From contig JBNKOC010000008.1 of assembly GCA_050294405.1 (NCBI GenBank), positions 59,332 through 123,331 of the forward strand: DNA of 64,000 nt. Direction: 5' to 3'. The position numbers were made by a program, and so were the translations under genes. Below the pieces are notes generated by a model. The model made no database searches and was not told the origin of the DNA. It saw only the letters and a list, made by a program, of their open reading frames with translations. Source of the DNA: Fibrobacteria bacterium (lineage in GTDB: Bacteria; Fibrobacterota; Fibrobacteria; UBA11236; JADFYW01). Below, piece after piece: positions 18,671 to 29,371 of this stretch; positions within the stretch are counted from its first letter, which is position 1; each line of letters opens with the position of its first letter.

Positions 18671-20524
18671 ATGATACAGTTAAATACACTCACACCCACA
18701 GGAATATTGTTGGTAGACGATGATCCAAGTTCTCTTGCGGTAATGGAAAGCAGCCTCAAGGCCGATTTCGAGATTTTTAAGTCTTCCAATGTTGCCGCTG
18801 CCCAAGATATTCTTAGCACTGGGAAGATCGCAGTTATTGTTTCAGATTTAAAAATGCCCGGAGAATCCGGGCTTGAACTTTTGAGAAAGGCCAAAGAAAA
18901 TTTCCAGGATGTTCCCTTAATTTTGGTAACAGGCGAAGGAGACAAAAGTTCAGCCATAGAGGCCCTAAAGTTGGGAGCTTACGATTACATTGAAAAACCT
19001 ATTCACAAGCAAGAATTATACAATAGCGTCAAACATGCCTTTGATTCCTTTGCCTCAAAACACACTGCCCGGGAGTACCAAAGAGTTTTAAAGTTGTTGG
19101 AAGCGGGGGTCCAATGTGCAGGAGAAGCCATTTTTATTGGATACCTTTCTTCGGAAAATGGGGATGGGGTTATCGAATATGTGAACAATGCTTTTACCCG
19201 TCAAACAGGGTTGGCTGCCAAGGATATTATCGGAAAGTCACCACGGGTATTTCAGGGGAAGGAATCTGACCCATTATTTCTGGAAAAATTGCGCTCTTCC
19301 ATTGAAAATAATCGCGATTATTTAGGGGAAACTCTGAATTACCGGAAAAACGGCACCAGCTACTTTTCAGAGTGGCAAATAAGCCCTCTGTATCTTGATG
19401 AAACACCCACCAAGTACTGGATTTGTGTTATGCGCGACATTAAAGAAAAAAAGGTGGTAGAGGAAAGACTATTGCAAATAGAAAAAGAAGTGGAGTCTTT
19501 AAAAGGCAACCTGAAGGTTGAAAACCTAAAATACCCTGGCGCTTTTCAAAATATTATTACTCAAAATTTGAAGATGTTTGGCCTATTCCATTACATCGAA
19601 TTGATACAAAATTCTCAGCAACCCATTTTGCTTTGTGGGGAACCTGGAACCGGAAAGTCCTTATTGGCGGAGGCCATATATATTGCCTCAGGGATGCCGG
19701 GAGCTTTCCATCGTTTTGATTGTGATTTAGGAAGCACGCAGTTGGAATTGGATAAGCTCTTTCAATCCTTAAAGGATAATGGAAATAACGGAACCCCTAA
19801 CGGCAGCAATGGAGCTCAAAAAGTTCAGGGGGTGGTCTACATAAGAAATGTGCACAAACTCCCCCTTCCCAGTCAGGCTAAATTACTCCGATTTTTACAA
19901 GAGCTGGAATTTCTGGGTATGAATGATGTGAATAGCCTTTCCGGTGGGATTAAAATATTGGCTTCCACATCCAAATCACTTAATGAGTTGGCCGACTCTG
20001 GCAGTTTCAGAAGAGATTTGTACTACAAGCTCTGTCACCATCAAATAGCCTTGCCAGCTCTTAGGGAAAGGGTGGATGATTTGCCGGTTCTCATAAACCA
20101 TTTTCTGGCCATTGGAGCTCAAACTATGGGGATGAATAAACCTTCTTATCCCAAAGAGCTTTTGACACTGCTTTCTGCCTATCATTTTCCCCAGAATGTG
20201 GAAGAGCTTAGAGATATGGTCTTTCGGGCTTTGGAAAACCACAATCGGGGTATATTATCCATGGATTCCTTCAAAGACTCACTGCAAAAAACAGAAAATG
20301 CTAAGGGAAGTTCTACTAGAGACGCCATGGTGAAAGTGAATCGAAAAGAATCTTTAGTTTCTTTTTCCAGCCGTTTGCCTACACTAAGAGAGATGACCAG
20401 CGAACTAATTTTAGAAGCTCTGCGCCGCTCAAATGACAACCAGGGCATTGCTGCAAAAATTTTAGGAGTCAGCCGTCAGGCCTTAAACAAAAGGCTTAAC
20501 CGCCTGGGCTCCGGCGATAATTAA
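18671..20524 (+). CDS. REC-PAS-AAA+-HTH regulator, NtrC-like but with a degenerate sigma-54 activation module
   Basis: Receiver (ILLVDDDPSS...VSDLKMPGESG), PAS, Walker A GEPGTGKS, Fis-type HTH (AAKILGVSRQALNKRL). ESELFGH/GAFTGA are absent and Walker B DE is replaced (GVVYIRNVH). The ORF track starts at 18629; ATG 18671 is more likely. Confidence 0.7.
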   Translation: MIQLNTLTPTGILLVDDDPSSLAVMESSLKADFEIFKSSNVAAAQDILSTGKIAVIVSDLKMPGESGLELLRKAKENFQDVPLILVTGEGDKSSAIEALKLGAYDYIEKPIHKQELYNSVKHAFDSFASKHTAREYQRVLKLLEAGVQCAGEAIFIGYLSSENGDGVIEYVNNAFTRQTGLAAKDIIGKSPRVFQGKESDPLFLEKLRSSIENNRDYLGETLNYRKNGTSYFSEWQISPLYLDETPTKYWICVMRDIKEKKVVEERLLQIEKEVESLKGNLKVENLKYPGAFQNIITQNLKMFGLFHYIELIQNSQQPILLCGEPGTGKSLLAEAIYIASGMPGAFHRFDCDLGSTQLELDKLFQSLKDNGNNGTPNGSNGAQKVQGVVYIRNVHKLPLPSQAKLLRFLQELEFLGMNDVNSLSGGIKILASTSKSLNELADSGSFRRDLYYKLCHHQIALPALRERVDDLPVLINHFLAIGAQTMGMNKPSYPKELLTLLSAYHFPQNVEELRDMVFRALENHNRGILSMDSFKDSLQKTENAKGSSTRDAMVKVNRKESLVSFSSRLPTLREMTSELILEALRRSNDNQGIAAKILGVSRQALNKRLNRLGSGDN

Positions 20525-20539
20525 AAAAGAAAAAAAAAA

Positions 20540-20567
20540 AGAGCCCTGACCAGGAGGCTCTTTTTTT
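20540..20567. terminator. bidirectional rho-independent terminator
   Basis: A-run, then AGAGCC-ctgaccagga-GGCTCT, then T7. Confidence 0.6.
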
Positions 20568-20786
20568 ATTTAGGAGTTTTCAAAAGTCCGTTGCGCGAGT
20601 TATTTAATTTCATTATATGGGAAACCAACCAAGGTTTCAATATTTTTTTTAAAAGAATTTGATTCTCTATGTATAGGATATTGGGCTGTTTGGGAAATTG
20701 TATTTTTGTCTGTCAAGAAAGCATGGCAAGGGGAAATTTTTGCCCACTAAAAATCTAAAAGTTCTATATCTTAGATTGAATTTCAA

Positions 20787-21185
20787 ATGGCTGAGCGGTA
20801 TGATTATACCGAGGAAGTTATGAAATTCTTACTTGCAGATGATTCAAAAACAATTCGGCGGTTGTTAAAAACCTATTTAGGCAGCATGGGTTTTGAAGAT
20901 TTGGTGGAAGCTCAGGATGGAGAAGAAGCTTTGGAAATGTTGAAGGCTGAAATTCCTGATGTATTGATCCTGGATTGGAACATGCCTAAAAAATCAGGGA
21001 TTGAAGTTTTAAAATCCGCCCGGGAAGAAGGCGAGTTTAAAGAATTGAAAATTTTAATGTGCACATCAATGAGTGAAAAAGAAAATGTTATTGAAGCCAT
21101 TAAAGCTGGCGCTAACAATTATATGACCAAGCCTTTTTCAGAGGATATTCTAAAAGAAAAATTAGGGGCTTTAGGAATTATATAA
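20787..21185 (+). CDS. CheY-like single-domain response regulator
   Basis: FLLADDSKTIRR...LILDWNMPKKSG...NNYMTKPF. Alternative start at ATG 20820. Confidence 0.8.
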   Translation: MAERYDYTEEVMKFLLADDSKTIRRLLKTYLGSMGFEDLVEAQDGEEALEMLKAEIPDVLILDWNMPKKSGIEVLKSAREEGEFKELKILMCTSMSEKENVIEAIKAGANNYMTKPFSEDILKEKLGALGII

Positions 21186-21207
21186 AAACGTATATATTAA
21201 TAATATT

Positions 21208-21588
21208 ATGGGAACAACAATTAATGTGGCGGTACTGGGAGCAAGCTCCAACCCCGAACGTATTTCCAACCAAGCAGTGGAAAGGCTGTTAAGCTATGGC
21301 CACAAGGTTTTTCCAATTCACCCCAAAGAAGAAGAAGTTCATGGACTCAAAGTTTTGCGGAAACTTTCAGATATTCCGGAAAAAATCCATACGCTTACTA
21401 TGTATGTATCCGAAAAACTCTCCACTCCCATGACCGATGATATCTTAGCTCTGTCTCCAGAACGCATTATCTTTAATCCCGGTGCAGAAAACCCCGGTTT
21501 GGCCTCTGTGGCCCAGGCTCAGGGCATTGAAACGGAAAATGCCTGTACATTAGTGCTTTTAGGTACAGGCCAATTTATAAATAGCTAA
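21208..21588 (+). CDS. CoA-binding domain protein (YccU-like)
   Basis: INVAVLGASSNPERISNQAVERLLSYGHKVFPIHP pattern of CoA-binding fold proteins. Confidence 0.6.
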   Translation: MGTTINVAVLGASSNPERISNQAVERLLSYGHKVFPIHPKEEEVHGLKVLRKLSDIPEKIHTLTMYVSEKLSTPMTDDILALSPERIIFNPGAENPGLASVAQAQGIETENACTLVLLGTGQFINS

Positions 21589-21602
21589 ATAATTTGCTAA
21601 GC

Positions 21603-24086
21603 TCAGGCCACTGAATATTCCGGCCCCATCCATTTTGAAATTTCCATTTTAGAAAACTCTTTGGAGCCATACTCTGCAGCCATCTTAATCAGGGGAGAAG
21701 CGCTATTTCTGTCTTCCAGTTCGATTATCCATTTGGACATTTTTACCAAATCGGGATGATTGTCCGCTAAAACTATGCAATGCCCCAATTTGGCCAAACT
21801 TAAAAGGGCAATGGCCAGCTTTTTTAGATCTTCAAAATGAAGTCCGTGGCTGGGACCATCTAATAAAAATACACTGGGCTCTAGCCTGGAATTTGCCAAT
21901 TGTAAGGCCAGCTTAATACGCTGGTTTTCTCCTCCGGACAGGCTTTCGGTATTTTGGTTGAGTGGTAAATAGCCAAGGCCTAAAAGGTTTAAAATTTTAA
22001 GCTGCCGCATAATACGCGGGTAATTCCAAAAAAACTCCAAAGCATCATCCACAGTTAAAGATAAAGCTTCCCATATGTTTTTGCCTTTGATATATACATC
22101 TAAAATGTCGGGTTTATATCGTTTGCCCCCGCAATCTTCGCATAGGGTTTTTATTTCTCCCAAGCCTTCTACCTGGCTTTTGATTTGCCCGTGGCCCTGG
22201 CAACTGGGGCAAGCCCCTTCTTTGGTGTGGTTAGAAAAATGGGCGGCCTTGTACCCTCTTATTTTTGCTTCGGTGGTGGAAGCGTATAATTGCCTTAAAG
22301 GGCTGAACAGGGAAAGGGCCGTGGCCATCATGGAATTGGCCCGGCCACGAAGGGGGCTGCTGTCCATGAAAACCCAATTCATATCCGGGGCCAGGGAAGC
22401 ATGCTTTGCTTTAAGGTCTACTAACATCCGGGATTTTCCACAAGCCGTTTTTCCGCATATGATGTTTATGGCACCGCAAAGGAGCAGGGGCTCGGAAATC
22501 TTGGCTTTAATAATGTCCTTTAGTTTGATTTGTGTTTGGGTAGGTTTGGATTGGGGAAGAGCTAAGTCCCGACGGATTTCTTTCTCCAGGAAGTCTAACC
22601 GGAATCCTCCTTTATCTTTGAGATACTTTCCGGTTAAAGGCGAGGAAGTAAGGTCTTTTACCTTTCCTTCAAAAACCAATTGGCCTCCTTCTGGCCCTGC
22701 CCCTGGTCCAAATTCAAATACATAGGCGCAGCTTTTAATGATTTGCAAGTTGTGATCCACCACAATAATATGGTTGCCGTTATCTCTTAGACGTTTTAAT
22801 ATGGATATTAATTTGGGAATTTCTGAAGGGTGAAACCCTAAAGAAGGCTCGTCCAAAATATAGCAAAGCCCGGACATTTGGCTTTTTAAATGGCTAATGT
22901 ATAGGCACCTTTGGAATTCTCCGGTGGATAATTGGGAAAGGGGGGCTCCAAGTTGCAAGTAGTCCATTTCAAGCTCAGCGAAATCAGCTATCCAGCTTAG
23001 GAGCCTTTCCAAAAAGGGTAAAGCAATGGCCTTGTCCTTAAGGCTGTAGCTATTTTCAAGGTCACTTTTGGAAAGCTCGGTAATTAAATTTCTAGCCCAA
23101 GGTAAAAGTTTTGAGAGTTCCCATTGCATCATTTCCGGCAGTGAGATGTCAGAAATTTTCCATTGGAAAATTTCCGGGCTATATCTCGAACCACTACAAT
23201 ACGCACAATTCATTCCGCTTCCTTTGCAGGCAGGGCATGCTCCAAGGGGAGAAAAGTAGGAGAAATGGCTGAGGCTGGGCTGGTTAAAGCCAGCTTCATG
23301 GCCCTGGGCTTCGTAGCTGTTATAGTATATATGAAATTTTTCCTGGCTATAATCCCAAAGTCGCAGTTCTCCTTTGCCCCATTCGTAGGCGGTTTCCAGA
23401 GATTCCTGAATCCGTTTTTGCTGGCTGCCTTTCTCAAAGGAAGAGGCTGATAACATCCACCGGTCCACTAACAGGAAGCTATCTTTATTTTTAAGCTGCT
23501 CGGCTGTTACATCCTCCAAATCAAAGTTTTCTGATTCAATTTTAATTTTGGCAAAACCTGCTTTCCGGCATTTTTCCAAAAGCTCTTCTCCCTTAATATT
23601 TTTCATATGGGATAAGGGTGCCAGCAGTTCCAATTTGTATTTAGAGTTTGGGTTTTTGTTGGCTTTTTCTTTGAGTTGCCTGAATATTTGGGGTGAGCTT
23701 GTGGTTTTAAGGATGTTTCCATTTTGATGAGGTCGGCTCAATTGGGCATAGAGTTTTTGTAATATATAAAGGAGGCCACTGTAGCTTCCTAAACTGGCCC
23801 GACCAGCTTTATTTACTTTTTCGCTGCGTATACAAAGGGCAGGGGTAAGGCCATCCATATTTTCTACTTCCGCTGCGTCTGGGAGTTCGGCTAGCCTTCT
23901 GATAAAGACGGATTGGGACTCTAAAAATTTGCGCTGGCTTTCCGCATACAATGTATCCACAGCCAATGAGGTTTTTCCGGAACCCGAAGGGCCTATAATG
24001 GCCACCAATTCTCCCTTGGGAATTTTGAGGTTTACCCCCTTTAAATTGTGAGTTTTTGCGTTTTGAATCTGAATGTAGTTGCGCAT
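21603..24086 (-). CDS. UvrA-family ABC ATPase, shortened paralog at 827 aa
   Basis: N-terminus matches UvrA ([43 protein letters not shown]). Zinc-finger Cys pairs CPACKGSG and CPSCQGHG, two ABC signatures LSGGE/LSTGE. About 110 aa shorter than canonical UvrA. Confidence 0.85.
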   Translation of the reverse strand: [827 protein letters not shown]

Positions 24087-24141
24087 GACTTAGGGTGGTT
24101 TTTTAAATTTGCTAGTATATTTCTAAATAAATCACAGGACT

Positions 24142-24621
24142 ATGAAATTTACCAAAAAAACAGACTATGCCCTTCGCATAATGCAAATTTTAGCGAGGCA
24201 ACCCCGTAAAGAGCTTTTGCCTATGAAAACTATGGCAGCAGATTATGGCATGTCCATTAAATTTTTGCAGTCGGTGGCCCGGGGGTTAACCCATGCAGGT
24301 CTGGTAAACTCCCGTTCGGGGCCCCACGGAGGACTTGGCTTGTCCCGGGAGCCTTCACGTATTTCTGTATTGGAAATTATTGAAAGCGTAGAAGGCAAAA
24401 TCAATCTAATGGATTGCCTGGATCATCCCCATATTTGTTCCAGCGCGAACATGTGCTCCATTATGGGCGTGCTTCAACAAGCTCAAAACGCGCTTATCGA
24501 TACATTGAGAACCACCAGTTTAAAACGCATGGTGGAAAAGAAAAAAGATCCCTTTAACCAAATCCCCAGGGAAAACTTTCAAAATCCGGTGTACCATTGT
24601 CCGGTTGTGAAAGTTTCTTAA
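24142..24621 (+). CDS. Rrf2-family transcriptional regulator (IscR/NsrR-like, three Cys ligands)
   Basis: N-terminal TDYALRIMQ HTH. CLDHPHICSSANMCSIMGV cysteine cluster. Divergent from the UvrA paralog. Confidence 0.8.
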   Translation: MKFTKKTDYALRIMQILARQPRKELLPMKTMAADYGMSIKFLQSVARGLTHAGLVNSRSGPHGGLGLSREPSRISVLEIIESVEGKINLMDCLDHPHICSSANMCSIMGVLQQAQNALIDTLRTTSLKRMVEKKKDPFNQIPRENFQNPVYHCPVVKVS

Positions 24622-24761
24622 GTTAAGCTGACAATTATAGACCAAACATCCTGATGTAATTGCTGGGGATTGGTTTTTTCCTTGCCAATTTGTGTAGATG
24701 AGTAGTTTTTTTTGAAGATTTTGCTACACTTTTATGCGTCAAAATTAACAGGGTTTGCAAT

Positions 24762-25928
24762 ATGAAATTACTCGAATACCAAGCTAAAAAGCTTTTGTCG
24801 GAAGTGGGCCTGCCTGTCCCTAAGGGGGAGCTGGTTACCGAAGTAGGGCAGGTTGATGCTGCTCTTCAAAAATTGGGAATTGAAAGGGGAGTGGCCAAAG
24901 CCCAGGCCTTTACCGGCGGTCGCGGTAAGGGTGGGGGAATAAAGCTGTTCAAATCCTCCGACGAAGCGAAAAGTTATGCCAAAGACATGCTGGGCATGAC
25001 CCTGGTAACAAAGCAAACGGGCCCTGCGGGAACCTTAATCCATTCAGTTTATCTGGAAGAAGCCAGTGAAATTGATGTAGAACTTTATGTTGCCCTTACT
25101 TTGGACAGAGCAAAATCCTGTCCGGTTTTTATTCTCTGCCCCGAAGGCGGAATGGAAATTGAAGAAATTGCTGAAGAAACTCCTGAAAAAATTTTAAAAC
25201 TCCATGCGCCACTTTCAACCGGGGTAAGCGATGAATTGCTCTCCCAAAGTGCGGAATTCATGGGAATTCCCGAAAAAAGCCAAGCCCAGTGGGGACAAGT
25301 GCTCAAAGGCCTTTTTGATATGTTTATAAAAAGAGATTGCTCCTTATTGGAAATCAACCCTCTTATCCTTACTAAATCCGGGGAGCTTTCCATTTTGGAT
25401 TGCAAATTCAGCATTGACGATAACGCTCTGTTCCGCCAAAAAGATTCTGGCGGCGATCCCTATGCTGAGCTCACCAAGTCAGAAATTGAAGCCGAACAAT
25501 ACGGCTTAAATTATATTAAACTGGATGGCGATATTGGATGTATGGTAAACGGCGCAGGCCTTGCCATGGCTACCATGGATATTATCCAGCACTACGGCGC
25601 TGAGCCTGCCAACTTTTTAGATGTGGGCGGCTCTGCTTCGGAAGAGGCCGTCACCAAAGCTTTTCAAATTATAACTTCCGACCCCAATGTTAAGGGCATA
25701 TTGGTAAACATTTTTGGCGGCATTATGGAATGCGACAAAATTGCCAAGGGAATTGTTAATGCTGTTTCCATATCCGGATTATCAGTTCCTCTGGTAGTCC
25801 GACTCTCTGGAACACACAGTGAAGAAGGCAAGGCCATAATTGATGGTTCCAATTTAAGTTTGCAAAGTGCGGAAACCCTTTCAGAGGGCGCCGAAAAAAT
25901 CGTGGCAGCCGTAAAGGGAGGAAAATAA
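24762..25928 (+). CDS. sucC: succinyl-CoA synthetase beta subunit
   Basis: [12 protein letters not shown]..., ATP-grasp, 388 aa. Confidence 0.9.
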   Translation: MKLLEYQAKKLLSEVGLPVPKGELVTEVGQVDAALQKLGIERGVAKAQAFTGGRGKGGGIKLFKSSDEAKSYAKDMLGMTLVTKQTGPAGTLIHSVYLEEASEIDVELYVALTLDRAKSCPVFILCPEGGMEIEEIAEETPEKILKLHAPLSTGVSDELLSQSAEFMGIPEKSQAQWGQVLKGLFDMFIKRDCSLLEINPLILTKSGELSILDCKFSIDDNALFRQKDSGGDPYAELTKSEIEAEQYGLNYIKLDGDIGCMVNGAGLAMATMDIIQHYGAEPANFLDVGGSASEEAVTKAFQIITSDPNVKGILVNIFGGIMECDKIAKGIVNAVSISGLSVPLVVRLSGTHSEEGKAIIDGSNLSLQSAETLSEGAEKIVAAVKGGK

Positions 25929-25929
25929 C

Positions 25930-26802
25930 ATGGCCATTTTAATCAATGAAAATACCAAACTTTTAACTCAGGGCATCACCGGAAAAGCCGGTTTATTTCA
26001 CTCATTGCGCTGCCGGGAATACGGTACCAATGTGGTAGGCGGAGTGACTCCAAAAAAAGGCGGAACCACTGTGGAAGGTTTCCCGGTTTTTAATTCCGTT
26101 GCCGAATGTGTGGAAAGCACTGGCGCTAACACCACCATGATTTTTGTTCCACCTCCCTACGCAGCCGATGCCATTATCGAAGCTGCCGATGCTGGCCTGG
26201 AACTTATTGTAGCCATCACCGAAGGTATTCCCGTAATGGATATGGTTCGCGTTAAAGAATATCTGGCAGATAAAAAATCCATATTAGTTGGCCCAAATTG
26301 TCCGGGCATCGTAACATCTGGCGTTTGCAAGGTGGGCATCGCCCCAGGCATGGTTCACAAAAAAGGTAAAATTGGAATAGTTTCCCGTTCGGGCACCCTT
26401 ACTTACGAAGCCGTTTACCAAACAACTCAGTTGGGCCTTGGTCAAACCACTGCAGTGGGCATCGGGGGTGATCCTGTTCATGGCCTCACTCACACCGAAG
26501 TAGTCAAAATGTTTAACGAAGATCCCGAAACCGAAGGAATTATATTAATCGGCGAAATTGGCGGCTCTGAAGAAGATGCAGCAGCAGCCTACATAAAAGA
26601 AAATGTTTCCAAACCTGTGGCTGCTTTTATTGCTGGCGCTTCCGCTCCCAAAGGAAAAAGAATGGGACACGCTGGAGCGATTATCGAAGGCGGCGAAGGA
26701 ACAGCTCAAAGTAAAATTGCCAAACTGAAGGATGCTGGTTGTTTTGTGGCCTCCACAGCGGCGGAAATTGGCGATATGATGGTGAAGGCCATGAAGAACT
26801 AA
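25930..26802 (+). CDS. sucD: succinyl-CoA synthetase alpha subunit
   Basis: CoA-binding region plus the phospho-His region GHAGAII; 290 aa; 2 nt after sucC. Confidence 0.9.
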   Translation: MAILINENTKLLTQGITGKAGLFHSLRCREYGTNVVGGVTPKKGGTTVEGFPVFNSVAECVESTGANTTMIFVPPPYAADAIIEAADAGLELIVAITEGIPVMDMVRVKEYLADKKSILVGPNCPGIVTSGVCKVGIAPGMVHKKGKIGIVSRSGTLTYEAVYQTTQLGLGQTTAVGIGGDPVHGLTHTEVVKMFNEDPETEGIILIGEIGGSEEDAAAAYIKENVSKPVAAFIAGASAPKGKRMGHAGAIIEGGEGTAQSKIAKLKDAGCFVASTAAEIGDMMVKAMKN

Positions 26803-27780
<978 letters not shown>

Positions 27781-27782
27781 GT

Positions 27783-28286
27783 TTAGTTCTGACTCAGCCT
27801 TTTGATGTAAAACAATATTAGCTCAAGCTCTTTATCTTTAATATCGAACTTGGGCATTAGGTTTTCCATATACCCATCGGGTATCTGGGAATTGGGTTCT
27901 CGAATTGAATTGCGGATGTACTCTTCATCCGCAATTATTTTTTTACCGTTGTTTAACACAACCTCCGAACCGTACAACCCCTTAAAACTGGGCCCCCGAA
28001 ATTTGGATCCATCCACAGAGTGGCATCCTAAACAACCGTATTGCCCCATTACCATGCTGGCTTCGAATTCTTTTTTGGCAATGGAATCCGCATTTTCCGT
28101 ATTGTTGTCTTCGGTGGAGGGGTCTTTGTTCTCCGCGCTGCAATTGCTGAACAAAAATCCGGAAGCTAATAAACATAGTCCTAAAAACTTAAGGGCAGCT
28201 CTAAAAATGCCTTCCCGGATTCGCGCGGCTGCATTTTCGCTCGGTCTCACCTTCGGAAAACCATTTTTAGAGCTGCCCTTATACAT
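27783..28286 (-). CDS. monohaem cytochrome c lipoprotein
   Basis: CLGCH haem-binding motif. Signal peptide with lipobox LFSNC. The start was moved to the internal Met (MYKGSS) because the ORF-track start overlaps yrdC by 65 nt. Confidence 0.6.
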   Translation of the reverse strand: MYKGSSKNGFPKVRPSENAAARIREGIFRAALKFLGLCLLASGFLFSNCSAENKDPSTEDNNTENADSIAKKEFEASMVMGQYGCLGCHSVDGSKFRGPSFKGLYGSEVVLNNGKKIIADEEYIRNSIREPNSQIPDGYMENLMPKFDIKDKELELILFYIKRLSQN

Positions 28287-28884
28287 AAACAATACCTTCA
28301 CCTTGGCGAATAAGTTCAGGCTGGCCGTTTGTAAAATCAACAATGGTAGAAGGGCTGATGTTTAGAGGGCCCATGTCTGCCAAGGCGCTCACTGCGCTTT
28401 TTAAAAAAGGGTTTAAGGGTTCTGGAATTTCCGAAATCCCTGTTTCTGAATCGAACATGGATTTAATAATAAGGGGATAATCCGAAGACTCCAATAAATG
28501 CGACATAAATTTTGAGGAGGGAAATTTAACTCCCATTTCAGGTCTTCTGGCTTCCAGAATTTTTTTTCCATGGTTGGTCGCTGGTAAAATAAAAGTAAAG
28601 GGTCCGGGAATAAGGGGTTTCATGTATTTATAGGCAAAGTTTTCCACTGTGGCATATTCTGTAACCTGACGCATATCTTTAAAAAGCAAGGTCCTGGAAG
28701 ATTTATCGCTGGTCTCTCTTAATTTGTAAAACTTTTTTAAAGCCTGTTTGGAGCCCACATTGGCTGCAATGCAATATCCCGAATCTGATGGGCATATAAT
28801 CATGCCACCGTCCTCCAGAATTTTTACCAGGTTGTTTAAAAAGCGCTTTTCCGGGTCCTGGGGATGTAACCTATAATATTCCAT
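28279..28884 (-). CDS. L-threonylcarbamoyladenylate synthase, YrdC/TsaC family
   Basis: YrdC-domain pattern (GGMIICPSDSGYCIAANV...). Confidence 0.8.
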   Translation of the reverse strand: MEYYRLHPQDPEKRFLNNLVKILEDGGMIICPSDSGYCIAANVGSKQALKKFYKLRETSDKSSRTLLFKDMRQVTEYATVENFAYKYMKPLIPGPFTFILPATNHGKKILEARRPEMGVKFPSSKFMSHLLESSDYPLIIKSMFDSETGISEIPEPLNPFLKSAVSALADMGPLNISPSTIVDFTNGQPELIRQGEGIVYV

Positions 28885-28919
28885 TTATCCTGCTCACTCT
28901 CCCAATATTAGCATTATCC

Positions 28920-29306
28920 TCATAAAATTGCCAAAAAAGCGTTTTTAAAATGAGAAATTTGGTAGGGAAAGCTGGACATGTTAACGCTTACAACATCAAA
29001 GCGGCAGTTACAGGGCTTTAACTTATTAAAGCTAAGCCAGGCATTGGCTATTTTATAAATTTGTTTTTTCTTTTTGGAGCCAACCCAGGATTCCGGTGTC
29101 CCGGCTGAATTGCTAAGGCTTGATTTTACTTCTATAAACACCAATTCTCCCTTTGGACAGCGTGCAATAATATCTAATTCTCCCTTACGAATTCTGAAAT
29201 TCTTGTCCAAAATTTTATAACCCCGGCTATGTAAAAACTTGCAGGCTATCAACTCCCCTAATTGGCCTTTTTGTCGGCTATTTGATGTATTCATAAAACG
29301 CGGCAA
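28920..29306 (-). CDS. YraN/UPF0102 family endonuclease-like protein
   Basis: GELIACKFLHSRGYKILDKNFRIRKGELDIIA...FIEVKS. Confidence 0.7.
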   Translation of the reverse strand: MPRFMNTSNSRQKGQLGELIACKFLHSRGYKILDKNFRIRKGELDIIARCPKGELVFIEVKSSLSNSAGTPESWVGSKKKKQIYKIANAWLSFNKLKPCNCRFDVVSVNMSSFPYQISHFKNAFLAIL

Positions 29307-29371
29307 ATCACTAAATGATTTGCTGTAAAGCTAATTAATTTTGAATTATTGGTAACCCTGATTATTCAAGA

